Below are positions 30,406-39,221 of a stretch of 64,000 bases of DNA, one piece after another; the stretch's first letter is position 1, and the number at the start of each line of letters is the position of its first letter. The translations under genes were made by a program, and so were the position numbers. This DNA comes from Pseudolabrys sp. (GTDB lineage Bacteria; Pseudomonadota; Alphaproteobacteria; Rhizobiales; Xanthobacteraceae), in the NCBI GenBank assembly GCA_036505835.1, contig DASXST010000079.1, positions 2,426-66,425 of the forward strand, given 5' to 3'. The notes under the pieces are model-generated. The model saw nothing but the letters and a program-made list of their open reading frames with translations. It was not told the DNA's origin and made no database searches.

Positions 30406-30533
30406 GCATTCCGTCCCTGAATGTCCGCCGACGGCGGACGCTGTTTTTGTTGCGCGGAGTCTTAGCCGACGAGGCCAAGGGTGACAACGGACTGCCGCGA
30501 GGGCTGTCGGGCGGCTCTGGATGATGGACGATT

Positions 30534-32063
30534 TTACTCTGCGGCCATTCTCAGGGCAGGCTCCTCAATATCAGCAAGGCACCTGGCAAGGCTCTCGCCT
30601 TCTGGATCCACAAGGGCCGCGGCACGCGCGCTCGCAATAGCATCGACCGCGCGCGCGGGGGGCATCTGAGCTGCCAGCGCGGGCCGGATCACGCGACGCT
30701 CGATGGCACGATAATTGGCGACCCCGCGCGCGTGGGTATCGCCGTATCCTTTGATCAGCCTTGCGCATTCGGTGATCTCGAGCGCCAGTTCAGGCGACAG
30801 ACGGACCGCGTCGCGGATGAGACCGAGCCAGGCGTCGATCTGCCCCTGCTCCTGCTTGTAGCGATAGCCATAAGGACGCAGTGCCCGCAGCTTGGCGAGA
30901 ATGAGAAAGCGCAAATAACCGCTGATGGACGTCGAGGTAACCTCCATGCCGAAATAAACCCGGCCGAGCCAGCCTTTGCGCTCGGCCAGCCGCAGGATCG
31001 GCCGCGCCAGGAATGACGGCAAAAGCTGACACATCTCCTCGATGCCCGGTTTCAAGAAATCGTGCACCGAGAAGGGATCGCCATTTGCGACCAGCTCTTC
31101 GCGCGCGATGCGCCGCATGCGCGCCGGCGCAATCTTTGCTTGCGCGACGCGCACGACATCCTCATAGGACATGCGCACCGCGAGATGGCGCGCGACCTCC
31201 TTCACCAGTTTGCCCTGCGCCCCGAACACCTGGTCAGCTTCGACAATTGGCCGAAGGCGGCTGAGGTACAGCCATGCATAGCGCACACCCTGGTAATGGA
31301 TCAGACGCCGGACGCCTTCGAGTCCGATTGTTTGCGCGATGGCTGGAAAGGTGCGCGCAACTTCATGTTCGACCATTGCCGGCGTTGGTGCTGCGCTCCG
31401 CTTTCTTTCGAGCTCTTTTGCAGGCTGCATGTTCACCCGCGCAGCTTCGAATCCGGCCCGGAAGCCTTGCAGGTTGCTTTCCACCGACTTGCCATCGTTA
31501 CGGATTGCCGCCTCGAACAGCTCGCGCTTCAGCGGGAGTCGTCCGCAGCCGGCAATTGCGCCAAGCATCACCGCGTTGATGATCGAATCGCTCCGCTTTG
31601 CCAGCGAAGCCATATCGACCAGCAAGGCGTCCTTCGCATGTTCTTTGATGACGTTGATCAGCCTGTCCTGGTCGAAGCGACCGTCACCCATGGCGATCTT
31701 TTCATCCATGGCATAGAAGCGGCTGAGCGAAGCTATAACGTGCGTGCGGTCTGGCGTGACAAAACCATTGGCGACCGTCCGACCGGCTTCGAGCAATTCG
31801 CTCGCGACTGCGATATCGATGTCGCCGACACCGGGCGTCAGGGCCAGCACCGGCCGCTTGTTGCCGAGATCGCGCGATGGCACTGGCAGTATTTCAATGT
31901 AATACGTTGTAGCGCCGGTGCGCTGCGCGACGCCGGGAATGGACGTGCTCTGCACGGGAAATCCTGCCTGTACCGCGGCGCCAACGATCCATTCCGTCAG
32001 CACGCCGCCGCCTTCGCCACCAAGGGCTGCAATCAGGATGCTAATCGGGCGCGGCGTGTTCAT
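30534..32063 (-). CDS. iorB: Indolepyruvate:ferredoxin oxidoreductase beta subunit family (with C-terminal extension)
   Basis: ALGGEGGGVL, PGVAQRTGAT, NAVMLGA; C-terminal RMSYED and LIKGYG motifs. Confidence 0.85.
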   Translation of the reverse strand: MNTPRPISILIAALGGEGGGVLTEWIVGAAVQAGFPVQSTSIPGVAQRTGATTYYIEILPVPSRDLGNKRPVLALTPGVGDIDIAVASELLEAGRTVANGFVTPDRTHVIASLSRFYAMDEKIAMGDGRFDQDRLINVIKEHAKDALLVDMASLAKRSDSIINAVMLGAIAGCGRLPLKRELFEAAIRNDGKSVESNLQGFRAGFEAARVNMQPAKELERKRSAAPTPAMVEHEVARTFPAIAQTIGLEGVRRLIHYQGVRYAWLYLSRLRPIVEADQVFGAQGKLVKEVARHLAVRMSYEDVVRVAQAKIAPARMRRIAREELVANGDPFSVHDFLKPGIEEMCQLLPSFLARPILRLAERKGWLGRVYFGMEVTSTSISGYLRFLILAKLRALRPYGYRYKQEQGQIDAWLGLIRDAVRLSPELALEITECARLIKGYGDTHARGVANYRAIERRVIRPALAAQMPPARAVDAIASARAAALVDPEGESLARCLADIEEPALRMAAE

Positions 32064-34201
32064 GCCCGGGCCTCGCCGCCATAGCCGCCAAGCCAGCCGA
32101 TGATTTTCTGACGCAGCCAATGCTTCAGGCGGTCGCGCCAGGTCGGATTGCGCACGATCTCGGCGCGGTAGAACGACGGGCACAACACAGCCGCATGCGC
32201 AACCTCCCCGCACAGCCCGCAGCCGACGCACGATTCAATGACCGTTGCAACGGGATCGGTGCGCAGGGGGTCCGGCGACGGCTTCACGGTCAGCGAGGGG
32301 CAACCCGACAGTCGAATGCAGGAATGGTCGCCGGTGCAGATGTCATCATCAACGCCGTAGCGCGCGCGCGTTACGCGTTCGCCGCGTTTCAGCTTCTCGG
32401 CGTCTTCGGCTCTGATGCGCCGCTGCCGCGCGAGCTGGCATTCGCCGTCGGCGATGATCACCTTCAGGCCGCGTTCGGCGGTCTTCATAGCCTCTTTCAG
32501 CGTGGTCACCATCACGCTGACGCTGTAGGTGCGCACCTTGCGCAGCCAGCGGACGCCCATGGCCCGCAATGTCTGCTCGATGTCCATGCCTGGCGCAGAT
32601 CCGGTGCGGCTCATTGCGCTTGACGGGATATACTGCTGGCCGGTCGCCGAGGCATAGCCGTTCTGCATCACGATCAGAACACCGTCGCCTTTATTGAAAA
32701 GGTTGGAGGCTACGCCGGTGATCAGTCCGTTGTGCCAGAAGCCGCCGTCGCCCATGACGGCGATTGGGCGCTTCTCCATGTTCGGAGCCACGGCCGCCGC
32801 GCTGGCGAGCGACATGCCGTAGCCGAGGATGGAATTGCCAAGCGAAAACGGGGCGAAAGTCGCGAACGAATGGCAGCCGATATCGGCGCTGATATGGGTC
32901 GGCCCGAGTTCGCGCTGCATCAACTTGATGGCGGAAAAGACGGGACGCTCAGGACAGCCGGTGCAGAAGGCGGGCGGACGCGGCGGCAACGGGCCGAGAG
33001 CCGCGGCGGCTTTTGCCTTGTGCGCGATAAGGCCGCGCGCCTTTTCAGCAATGGTGTCGGCATCGATGCCATCAGGCCTCGCGTCCTGAAGAAAGGCGGC
33101 AAGCCCTTCGAGCAACACATCGGACGCGTATTCACCTGCTTTCGGCAGCGGGCCTTTGCCAAGCACACGCGTATTGATGCCGGCGTGGCGCAATTCCACG
33201 TTGATCGCCTGTTCGATGTAGTCGGGGTAGCCTTCCTCGACCACCAGAACTGCACGCTTGGCGGCGCAGAATGTGGTTATTTCCTCGGGCACCAGCGGAT
33301 AGACGACGTTAAGCACCAACAGGGGCACGCGCGATTTGCCAAACACTTCGGCAAGCCCCATGCGCTCGAGCGCGCGCAGGACGCTGTTGGTCAGTCCGCC
33401 CATCACGATAACGCCGATATCGGCAATATCCCCCTCGATGATCTCGTTAAGCTTATGCTCGCGAACGAAGGCACGCGCGGCGGGCAGCCGCTCTTCGACC
33501 TTCAAGCGCTCCTGCGTGAAGATCACGGGCGGATGGGCAAGCCGCCCATATTCGAAGCGCGGCGGCCCGACTAGCTTGTCGAGACCGGAAACGACACCTT
33601 TCCGATTATTTTTGGCGGCGAATTCACCGGTGGCGTGGCAGGCGCGGATGCGCAATTCCAGCATGACGGGAGCGTGGCTCGCCTCGGAAAGCTCGAAGCC
33701 TTTTTCCACCGTGCGTACAATCGACGGCAGGTCGGGCCGCGGGTCGAGCAGCCACATCGAGGATTTCATCGCATAGGCATAAGAGCGCTCCTGAATGACG
33801 CTTGCGCCCTCGCCGTAGTCCTCGCCAAGGATGATCATGGCGCCGCCGACCACGCCGGGCGAAGCAAGGTTCGACAATGCATCGGCTGCGACATTGGTGC
33901 CGACGATCGATTTCCAGGTGACTGCGCCGCGCAACGGGTAATTGATCGACGCGCCGAGCATGGCGGCGGCCGAGGCCTCGTTGGAGCAGGTTTCCAGATG
34001 CACGCCGAGTTCGGACATGATGTCCTCTGCATCGACCAGCACATCGAGCAGATGCGACACCGGTGCGCCCTGGTAGCCGCCCACGTAGGAAACGCCAGAT
34101 TGCAACAGCGCCTTGGTGACGGCGAGGATCCCCTCGCCGTGGAAGGTCTCGCCATCGCCAAGCTTCAGAGCCTGGACTTCTTTCTTGAATGACCGCTCCA
34201 T
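32060..34201 (-). CDS. iorA: Indolepyruvate:ferredoxin oxidoreductase alpha subunit
   Basis: GYQGAP, NEASAA, FCTGCPER, DIGCH, GDGGFWHNG TPP motif, C-terminal ferredoxin motifs CTGDHSC..GCP and CVGCGLC...CP. Confidence 0.88.
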   Translation of the reverse strand: MERSFKKEVQALKLGDGETFHGEGILAVTKALLQSGVSYVGGYQGAPVSHLLDVLVDAEDIMSELGVHLETCSNEASAAAMLGASINYPLRGAVTWKSIVGTNVAADALSNLASPGVVGGAMIILGEDYGEGASVIQERSYAYAMKSSMWLLDPRPDLPSIVRTVEKGFELSEASHAPVMLELRIRACHATGEFAAKNNRKGVVSGLDKLVGPPRFEYGRLAHPPVIFTQERLKVEERLPAARAFVREHKLNEIIEGDIADIGVIVMGGLTNSVLRALERMGLAEVFGKSRVPLLVLNVVYPLVPEEITTFCAAKRAVLVVEEGYPDYIEQAINVELRHAGINTRVLGKGPLPKAGEYASDVLLEGLAAFLQDARPDGIDADTIAEKARGLIAHKAKAAAALGPLPPRPPAFCTGCPERPVFSAIKLMQRELGPTHISADIGCHSFATFAPFSLGNSILGYGMSLASAAAVAPNMEKRPIAVMGDGGFWHNGLITGVASNLFNKGDGVLIVMQNGYASATGQQYIPSSAMSRTGSAPGMDIEQTLRAMGVRWLRKVRTYSVSVMVTTLKEAMKTAERGLKVIIADGECQLARQRRIRAEDAEKLKRGERVTRARYGVDDDICTGDHSCIRLSGCPSLTVKPSPDPLRTDPVATVIESCVGCGLCGEVAHAAVLCPSFYRAEIVRNPTWRDRLKHWLRQKIIGWLGGYGGEARA

Positions 34202-34253
34202 CGTCAGGCCGCTGGCAGATTGTTGGGACCCAAACTATATAGCACGAAATGCC

Positions 34254-35555
34254 TCACATGCGCGAGGGGAGCCAAAGCGCGATGATCGGAAAGGCAATCA
34301 GGATCACCAGCCGGATAAGGTCGGTGATGATGAATGGAATGACCCCCTTGAAGATCGTGGCGAAGCTCACGTCCTTGACCACGCTTTTGATCACGAACAC
34401 GTTCATGCCGACCGGTGGATGAATGAGGCCGAGCTCGACCGTCATCACAATGATCACGCCGAACCAGATCGGATCGAAGCCCAGATGGGTGATAACCGGG
34501 AAAATGATCGGAACGGTCAGGATGATCATCGCCATCGCGTCCATGAGACAGCCGAGCACCAGGTACATCAGCATGATCAGCGCCAGCACGCCGTAATTGC
34601 CGATGCCGAGCCCGGTCAGGACCGCGGTCACCTTTTGCGGCGTCTGCGTGACGGTGAGGAAATAGCCGAACAGCAGCGCGCCAATCAGCACCGTAAAAAC
34701 TGCGGCCGCCGTCCGCGTTGCCTGCAATAGCGAGCGTCGGATTTCGGTCCGATCGAGCCTGCCGCGCAGCACACCAATGAGAAAGGCGCCGCCGGCACCC
34801 ATGCCGCCGGCTTCGGTGGGCGTAAACGGGCCGCCGTACAATCCCCCGATTACGAAGAGGAAAAGGATAAGCGTTGCCCAGACATCGCGGGTAGCGGCAA
34901 TGCGATCTTTCCAGGAGTGGCGCGGCGTCGACGGCAGGAAGTTCGGCCGCGCGATCCCGATGATCCCGACGGTGATCATGTACATCGTCGCGGCGAGCAG
35001 ACCGGGGATGATCCCGGCGATGAACAGCTTGCCGATATCTTGCTCGGTAATGATGCCGTACACGGCGAGAACCGTTGATGGCGGCAGCATCGCGCCGAGC
35101 GTGCCGCCGGCTGCGATGACCCCCGTGGCGAAAGACTGCGGATAGCCGAAGCGACGCATCTCGGGATAGGCGACTGCGGAAAACGTGGCCGCGGTTGCGA
35201 CCGATGAGCCCGAAATTGCGGCAAAACCGCCGCAGGCCGCGACGGTCGCGATGCCGAGCCCACCGCGCAAGTGGCCGAGAAAGCTGTTGGCCGCACGGAA
35301 AAGCTCGCGGCTCATGCCGGAATTCGACACGAACGCGCCCATCAGCAGGAACATGGGGATCACGCCGAAATTGTAGTCGGTCACCGTGCGCATCGATGTG
35401 TGGCCGACGATCTTGAGGGCTGGTCCGGAGCCATTGAGATAGGCAAAGCCGGTGACGCCAACGAGGCCCATCGCCATGCCGACCGGCACGCGCATGAGCA
35501 TCATCCCGAACAATGCAATGAACCCGATGATGGCGACTGCGTCGGTGCTCAACAT
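34254..35555 (-). CDS. dctM: TRAP transporter large permease
   Basis: IPMFLLMG, AISGSSVATAA, GTLGAMLPPS, FTPTEA, IHPPVGMNVF. Confidence 0.92.
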   Translation of the reverse strand: MLSTDAVAIIGFIALFGMMLMRVPVGMAMGLVGVTGFAYLNGSGPALKIVGHTSMRTVTDYNFGVIPMFLLMGAFVSNSGMSRELFRAANSFLGHLRGGLGIATVAACGGFAAISGSSVATAATFSAVAYPEMRRFGYPQSFATGVIAAGGTLGAMLPPSTVLAVYGIITEQDIGKLFIAGIIPGLLAATMYMITVGIIGIARPNFLPSTPRHSWKDRIAATRDVWATLILFLFVIGGLYGGPFTPTEAGGMGAGGAFLIGVLRGRLDRTEIRRSLLQATRTAAAVFTVLIGALLFGYFLTVTQTPQKVTAVLTGLGIGNYGVLALIMLMYLVLGCLMDAMAMIILTVPIIFPVITHLGFDPIWFGVIIVMTVELGLIHPPVGMNVFVIKSVVKDVSFATIFKGVIPFIITDLIRLVILIAFPIIALWLPSRM

Positions 35556-35558
35556 GGG

Positions 35559-36137
35559 CTATTCGACCGGCTTCATCCGGTAGCCGCCGTCATCCATCAA
35601 TTCTGGGTGGAAGATCAGCCGATAGGTGCGCACCGCGATCAGCATCACCGCCGACACGTCGCCGATCCAGGCGACCAGGAAAAACGGCCACGTGGGCAGT
35701 CTTAGATCGAACGTGAGAACATTGTCCCTGTAGGTGCTCGTGACCTTGTCGAACAGCGTGTAGGTCTGAACCGTCACCACAAATAACAGGACCAGCGTGG
35801 CAAACACATCGATCACGCGCTGCCAACGCGGCCCGACATTGCTCCACACAAGATCGACGGTGATATGCGTGCCGCGATAGGACGTCGCTGCGATGCCCCA
35901 GAAGATCAGGATGCCGAGCAGAAGCCGTCCGAAGTCGTACGCATCAGGGATCTGTATGGCAAAGAAATAACGCAGCAGCACGGATATGAAGATATCGGCG
36001 GCGACGATGCCGACAAAAAATGCCGCGACCAGCTCGATCCCATCGATGAACCGGTCCATCGCGTTGCGTCTGCGCGGCGAAGGCGAGCCGGCGAGCTTTC
36101 GCGCGACTTCGGTTTCGCCAAGGACTTTCTCCGCCAC
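35559..36137 (-). CDS. dctQ: TRAP transporter small permease
   Basis: Four hydrophobic segments, VLLRYFF and HITVDL motifs; lies between dctP and dctM. Confidence 0.88.
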   Translation of the reverse strand: MAEKVLGETEVARKLAGSPSPRRRNAMDRFIDGIELVAAFFVGIVAADIFISVLLRYFFAIQIPDAYDFGRLLLGILIFWGIAATSYRGTHITVDLVWSNVGPRWQRVIDVFATLVLLFVVTVQTYTLFDKVTSTYRDNVLTFDLRLPTWPFFLVAWIGDVSAVMLIAVRTYRLIFHPELMDDGGYRMKPVE

Positions 36138-36227
36138 GACGATCTCCGCGGCTGGTCAGCGCGAGCAGCGTCCCAGCCCGACGCGAAAGAGTGAAGGCGG
36201 CCCGGTTCGAGCCGCGTCGCCAGAATG

Positions 36228-37256
36228 TTAGAACGAGGCCTTGTACTTAGCGAGCTGATCCTTGAGCTCTTTCATGATCGCGTCAGCATTGCCGCCAGCC
36301 TTCCTCACATTGTCGGCCCATTTCTGCTCGAGCGGTCGCGCAGCCTTTTTCCATTCCTCGACCTGCGCCGGCGTGAGGGAATAGACCTCCTGGCCCGCCT
36401 CCGCCTTGATCTTGGCGATGCCCGCGTGCTCGAACTCGGCCCACGGCGCCGAGACTTTGCCCGCCCACTCGTTGTTGCAATGATCGTCGATCGCCTTCTT
36501 CTGCCGCGGCGACATCTCGTTGTATTTGTCTTTGTTGAACACAAAGGCGAAGGTCGTCACATACAGTGGAACGTCCATGTGATATTTCGTGACTTTGTCG
36601 ATTCCGAACAGCGGCACTGAGCCCCACGGGAATGTCACGGCGTCGGCGACGCCTTTTTCGAGAATATCGCGAACTTCGGGGGCTGCGGCCTGGACGTTCG
36701 TGCCGCCAAGCTGGGTGACAAAACTTGCCATGGTGGCGTGGGCCGGACGAATTTTCATGCCTTTGATGTCGTCGGGCACGGTGATTTTTTTGCTCTTGGA
36801 GTGAAACGAGCCCGGATCGTGCACGAAGGCCAAACAAAATTTGATGTCCTTCATCTCGCGGTCGGCGTATTTGCGATACCAGGCGTCAAGCGCCTGGGAG
36901 CCGCTCGTTGCATTGGCAAAGAGGAACGGCAGCTCACCCGCACCGATAATCGGGAAGCGCCCCGGCTGATAACCGGGATTGACGTAGGTCAGGTCGGCGA
37001 TGCCGTCACGTGCCATGTCGTAATGGTCGAAGGCTTTCCCAAGCTGCTGCGAGGGATAAACCTTGTAGTGCAGCGTCCCCCCGGAATCCTTCTCGACCGC
37101 GGCGCCCCATTCTTCCAACGCTTTTTGCAGCGGATGTGATGGCGGCACCCAGTGCGCGAGCTTGAGTTCGAACGTCTTTTCTTGCGCGAACGCGCCGGTC
37201 GCTGCCCCGATCAATAGAGCGGCAACGTAGACACACCCGGCGAAACGGAGTTTCAT
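36228..37256 (-). CDS. dctP: TRAP transporter substrate-binding protein (aromatic acid-binding type)
   Basis: Signal peptide; LAHWVPPSHP, PGYQPGRFP, DIKGMKIRP (conserved carboxylate-binding Arg); RBS GGGAGGA. Confidence 0.9.
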   Translation of the reverse strand: MKLRFAGCVYVAALLIGAATGAFAQEKTFELKLAHWVPPSHPLQKALEEWGAAVEKDSGGTLHYKVYPSQQLGKAFDHYDMARDGIADLTYVNPGYQPGRFPIIGAGELPFLFANATSGSQALDAWYRKYADREMKDIKFCLAFVHDPGSFHSKSKKITVPDDIKGMKIRPAHATMASFVTQLGGTNVQAAAPEVRDILEKGVADAVTFPWGSVPLFGIDKVTKYHMDVPLYVTTFAFVFNKDKYNEMSPRQKKAIDDHCNNEWAGKVSAPWAEFEHAGIAKIKAEAGQEVYSLTPAQVEEWKKAARPLEQKWADNVRKAGGNADAIMKELKDQLAKYKASF

Positions 37257-37338
37257 GGGGTCCTCCCTCGAGGGTTGGGTGTTGGTTAGATCGCCAACTT
37301 TTGCAATATTCAGCCGAAGGTGGGCGACGTTGTAAAGC

Positions 37339-37358
37339 TTAGTTTGATGTCAAACTAA
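37339..37358. promoter_or_regulatory. Palindromic operator between dctP and the MarR gene
   Basis: Perfect inverted repeat TTAGTTTGA-TG-TCAAACTAA in the divergent promoter region. Confidence 0.7.
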
Positions 37359-37403
37359 ATTCTTGCAGTGGACTGATTGTCCGCTTTGGAGAAGGGACGC
37401 ACG

Positions 37404-37898
37404 GTGCACGGAACGAATGGCATTGGCAGCCGTCGACGCGGCAGGAACGGTGAAGCCTTTGGCCTGTCGATAAATTTCGGTCCGCTCGGTTCCTGGGTTG
37501 GCTTCAATCTGCGCATGGCGCAAGAAGCCGCTTTCCAGGCCTTTTCGCGCCGCTCGCAGGAGATCGGAGAAAGCCCCGGCCGTTTCGCCACCCTAACCTT
37601 GATCGCCCGCAATCCCGGCATCAGCCAGACCGTCCTGTCCCTCGCCAATGGCCGCGATAAATCCAGCCTCACTCCGGTTGTCGAGGATCTGGTGAGGCGT
37701 GGCCTCGTCGAACGCAGGCGGATGGACAGCGACCGGCGCACCTACAGCCTCAACCTGACGCCAGCCGGAAAAAAAGTGCTTACGACGCTCACGCGCTGCG
37801 CGCGGCGGCATGAGCGCAATCTCGATCAGGTGATCGGTGCGCGCGACCGCAAGCGATTCATCCAGATTTTAAAGAAGATCGCGGCGGAGATTGAGTAG
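37404..37898 (+). CDS. MarR family transcriptional regulator (CouR/FerC/HcaR-like)
   Basis: GFNLRMAQ, NPGISQ, GLVERR..SDRR wing motif, LTPAG; GTG start inferred from upstream GAAGGGA. Confidence 0.88.
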   Translation: MHGTNGIGSRRRGRNGEAFGLSINFGPLGSWVGFNLRMAQEAAFQAFSRRSQEIGESPGRFATLTLIARNPGISQTVLSLANGRDKSSLTPVVEDLVRRGLVERRRMDSDRRTYSLNLTPAGKKVLTTLTRCARRHERNLDQVIGARDRKRFIQILKKIAAEIE

Positions 37899-37900
37899 CG

Positions 37901-38332
37901 CTAGCGGCGTTGCGACGCTTCTCGGAATTTTGCCAACACAATTTCCGGGACCGGTTGCGAGTTGAGGCGACCGTTCGCGTCGCGCCCCACCCAAACGCGC
38001 TTCTCCGAACATTCGACGCACGTGTCGCCATCGAGGCTCAGCTGATGCTCGACGTCGAAGCTGGAGCGCCCGAACTCGATCATGCTTTTGACTGTCACGT
38101 CATCTCCGAAACGGGTTGGCTTCAGGAATCGCGCGCGCGTGCGCACGAGCGGAAAGCCGTCGAAGTCGAAATGCTTGAACATGTTGAATTTGGTCATGCC
38201 CAGCACGCGCTCGAACAAAAGCGTCGTAGATGCATCGAAGATCTCGAAATAGCGGGGGTAATAGATAATGCCGGCGGGATCGCAGTCGCCCCATTCGATC
38301 CGCACCTGGCGCGTATTGCTGAATGCGGTCAC
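37901..38332 (-). CDS. Acyl-CoA thioesterase (4HBT hotdog family)
   Basis: WGDCDPAGIIYYPRYF motif; PTRFGD; GTG start inferred. Confidence 0.85.
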   Translation of the reverse strand: MTAFSNTRQVRIEWGDCDPAGIIYYPRYFEIFDASTTLLFERVLGMTKFNMFKHFDFDGFPLVRTRARFLKPTRFGDDVTVKSMIEFGRSSFDVEHQLSLDGDTCVECSEKRVWVGRDANGRLNSQPVPEIVLAKFREASQRR

Positions 38333-38349
38333 CGCGTCAATGCCTTCAT

Positions 38350-38431
38350 CCGGTCGTCCCCGCGCAAGCGGGCACCCAGCTCCGATGGAATAAAATATCG
38401 ACTGGATTCCCGATTGCGCGGGAATGAACGG
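38350..38431. repeat. REP-like palindromic dimer, family B
   Basis: CCGGTCGTCCCCGCGCAAGCGGGCACCCAG ... CTGGATTCCCGATTGCGCGGGAATGAACGG. Confidence 0.82.
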
Positions 38432-38459
38432 GAGATTGTTCGAGCCCACGGTAATGTCA

Positions 38460-39221
38460 TCAGCGCGGTGCCATCCGTAGCGCGCCGTCGAGTCGGATCA
38501 CTTCGCCGTTGAGGTAGGCATTATGGATGCAATGCAGGACGAGGGCGGCGAACTCGCGCGGCTCGCCGAGGCGTTTGGGAAACGGCACCGAGGCGCCCAG
38601 TGAGTCCTGCACTTCCTGCGGCAATGCGCGCAGCATCGGCGTGCCAAAAATTCCCGGCGCTATCGCCAGCACGCGAATACCGAATTGCGAGAATTCGCGC
38701 GCTGCCGGGAGCGTCAGCGCAGCGACCCCGCCCTTGGAAGACGCATAGGCGGCCTGTCCGATCTGTCCCTCGAACGCGGCAACGGAAGCGGTGGAGACGA
38801 TTACGCCGCGCTCGCCGCCTGGCAGTGGTTCTGCGGCCTGCATGGCGGCGGCCACTAGCCGCATCATGTTGAAGGTGCCGATAAGGTTGATGCGAATGAC
38901 GCGCTCAAAGTCGGCGAGGGGCATCGGTCCTTCACGGCCGAGAATCCGCTTGGCCGTTCCAACTCCGGCACAATTGACGAGGATGCGCGCCGGTCCATGC
39001 GTGGCAGCGGCTTTCTTCACAGCCGTTTCAGCGCTCGCGCTGTCAGCGACGTCGCAACCGATGGCGATGCCCTTGACGTCGGCCGCTAATTCCGTGGCTG
39101 CCTTTTCATTGACATCGATGACTGCAACTTTCGCTCCTGCAGCCGCCAGTGCGCGCGCGGTAGCAGCACCCAGGCCGGACGCGCCGCCGGTGACGATGGC
39201 CGCATGTCCTTTCGTTTCCAT
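38460..39221 (-). CDS. SDR 3-hydroxyacyl-CoA dehydrogenase (HSD10/type II-like)
   Basis: TGGASGLG, NCAG, TASVAAFEGQIGQAAYASSK, NGEVIRLDGALRM. Confidence 0.9.
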   Translation of the reverse strand: METKGHAAIVTGGASGLGAATARALAAAGAKVAVIDVNEKAATELAADVKGIAIGCDVADSASAETAVKKAAATHGPARILVNCAGVGTAKRILGREGPMPLADFERVIRINLIGTFNMMRLVAAAMQAAEPLPGGERGVIVSTASVAAFEGQIGQAAYASSKGGVAALTLPAAREFSQFGIRVLAIAPGIFGTPMLRALPQEVQDSLGASVPFPKRLGEPREFAALVLHCIHNAYLNGEVIRLDGALRMAPR

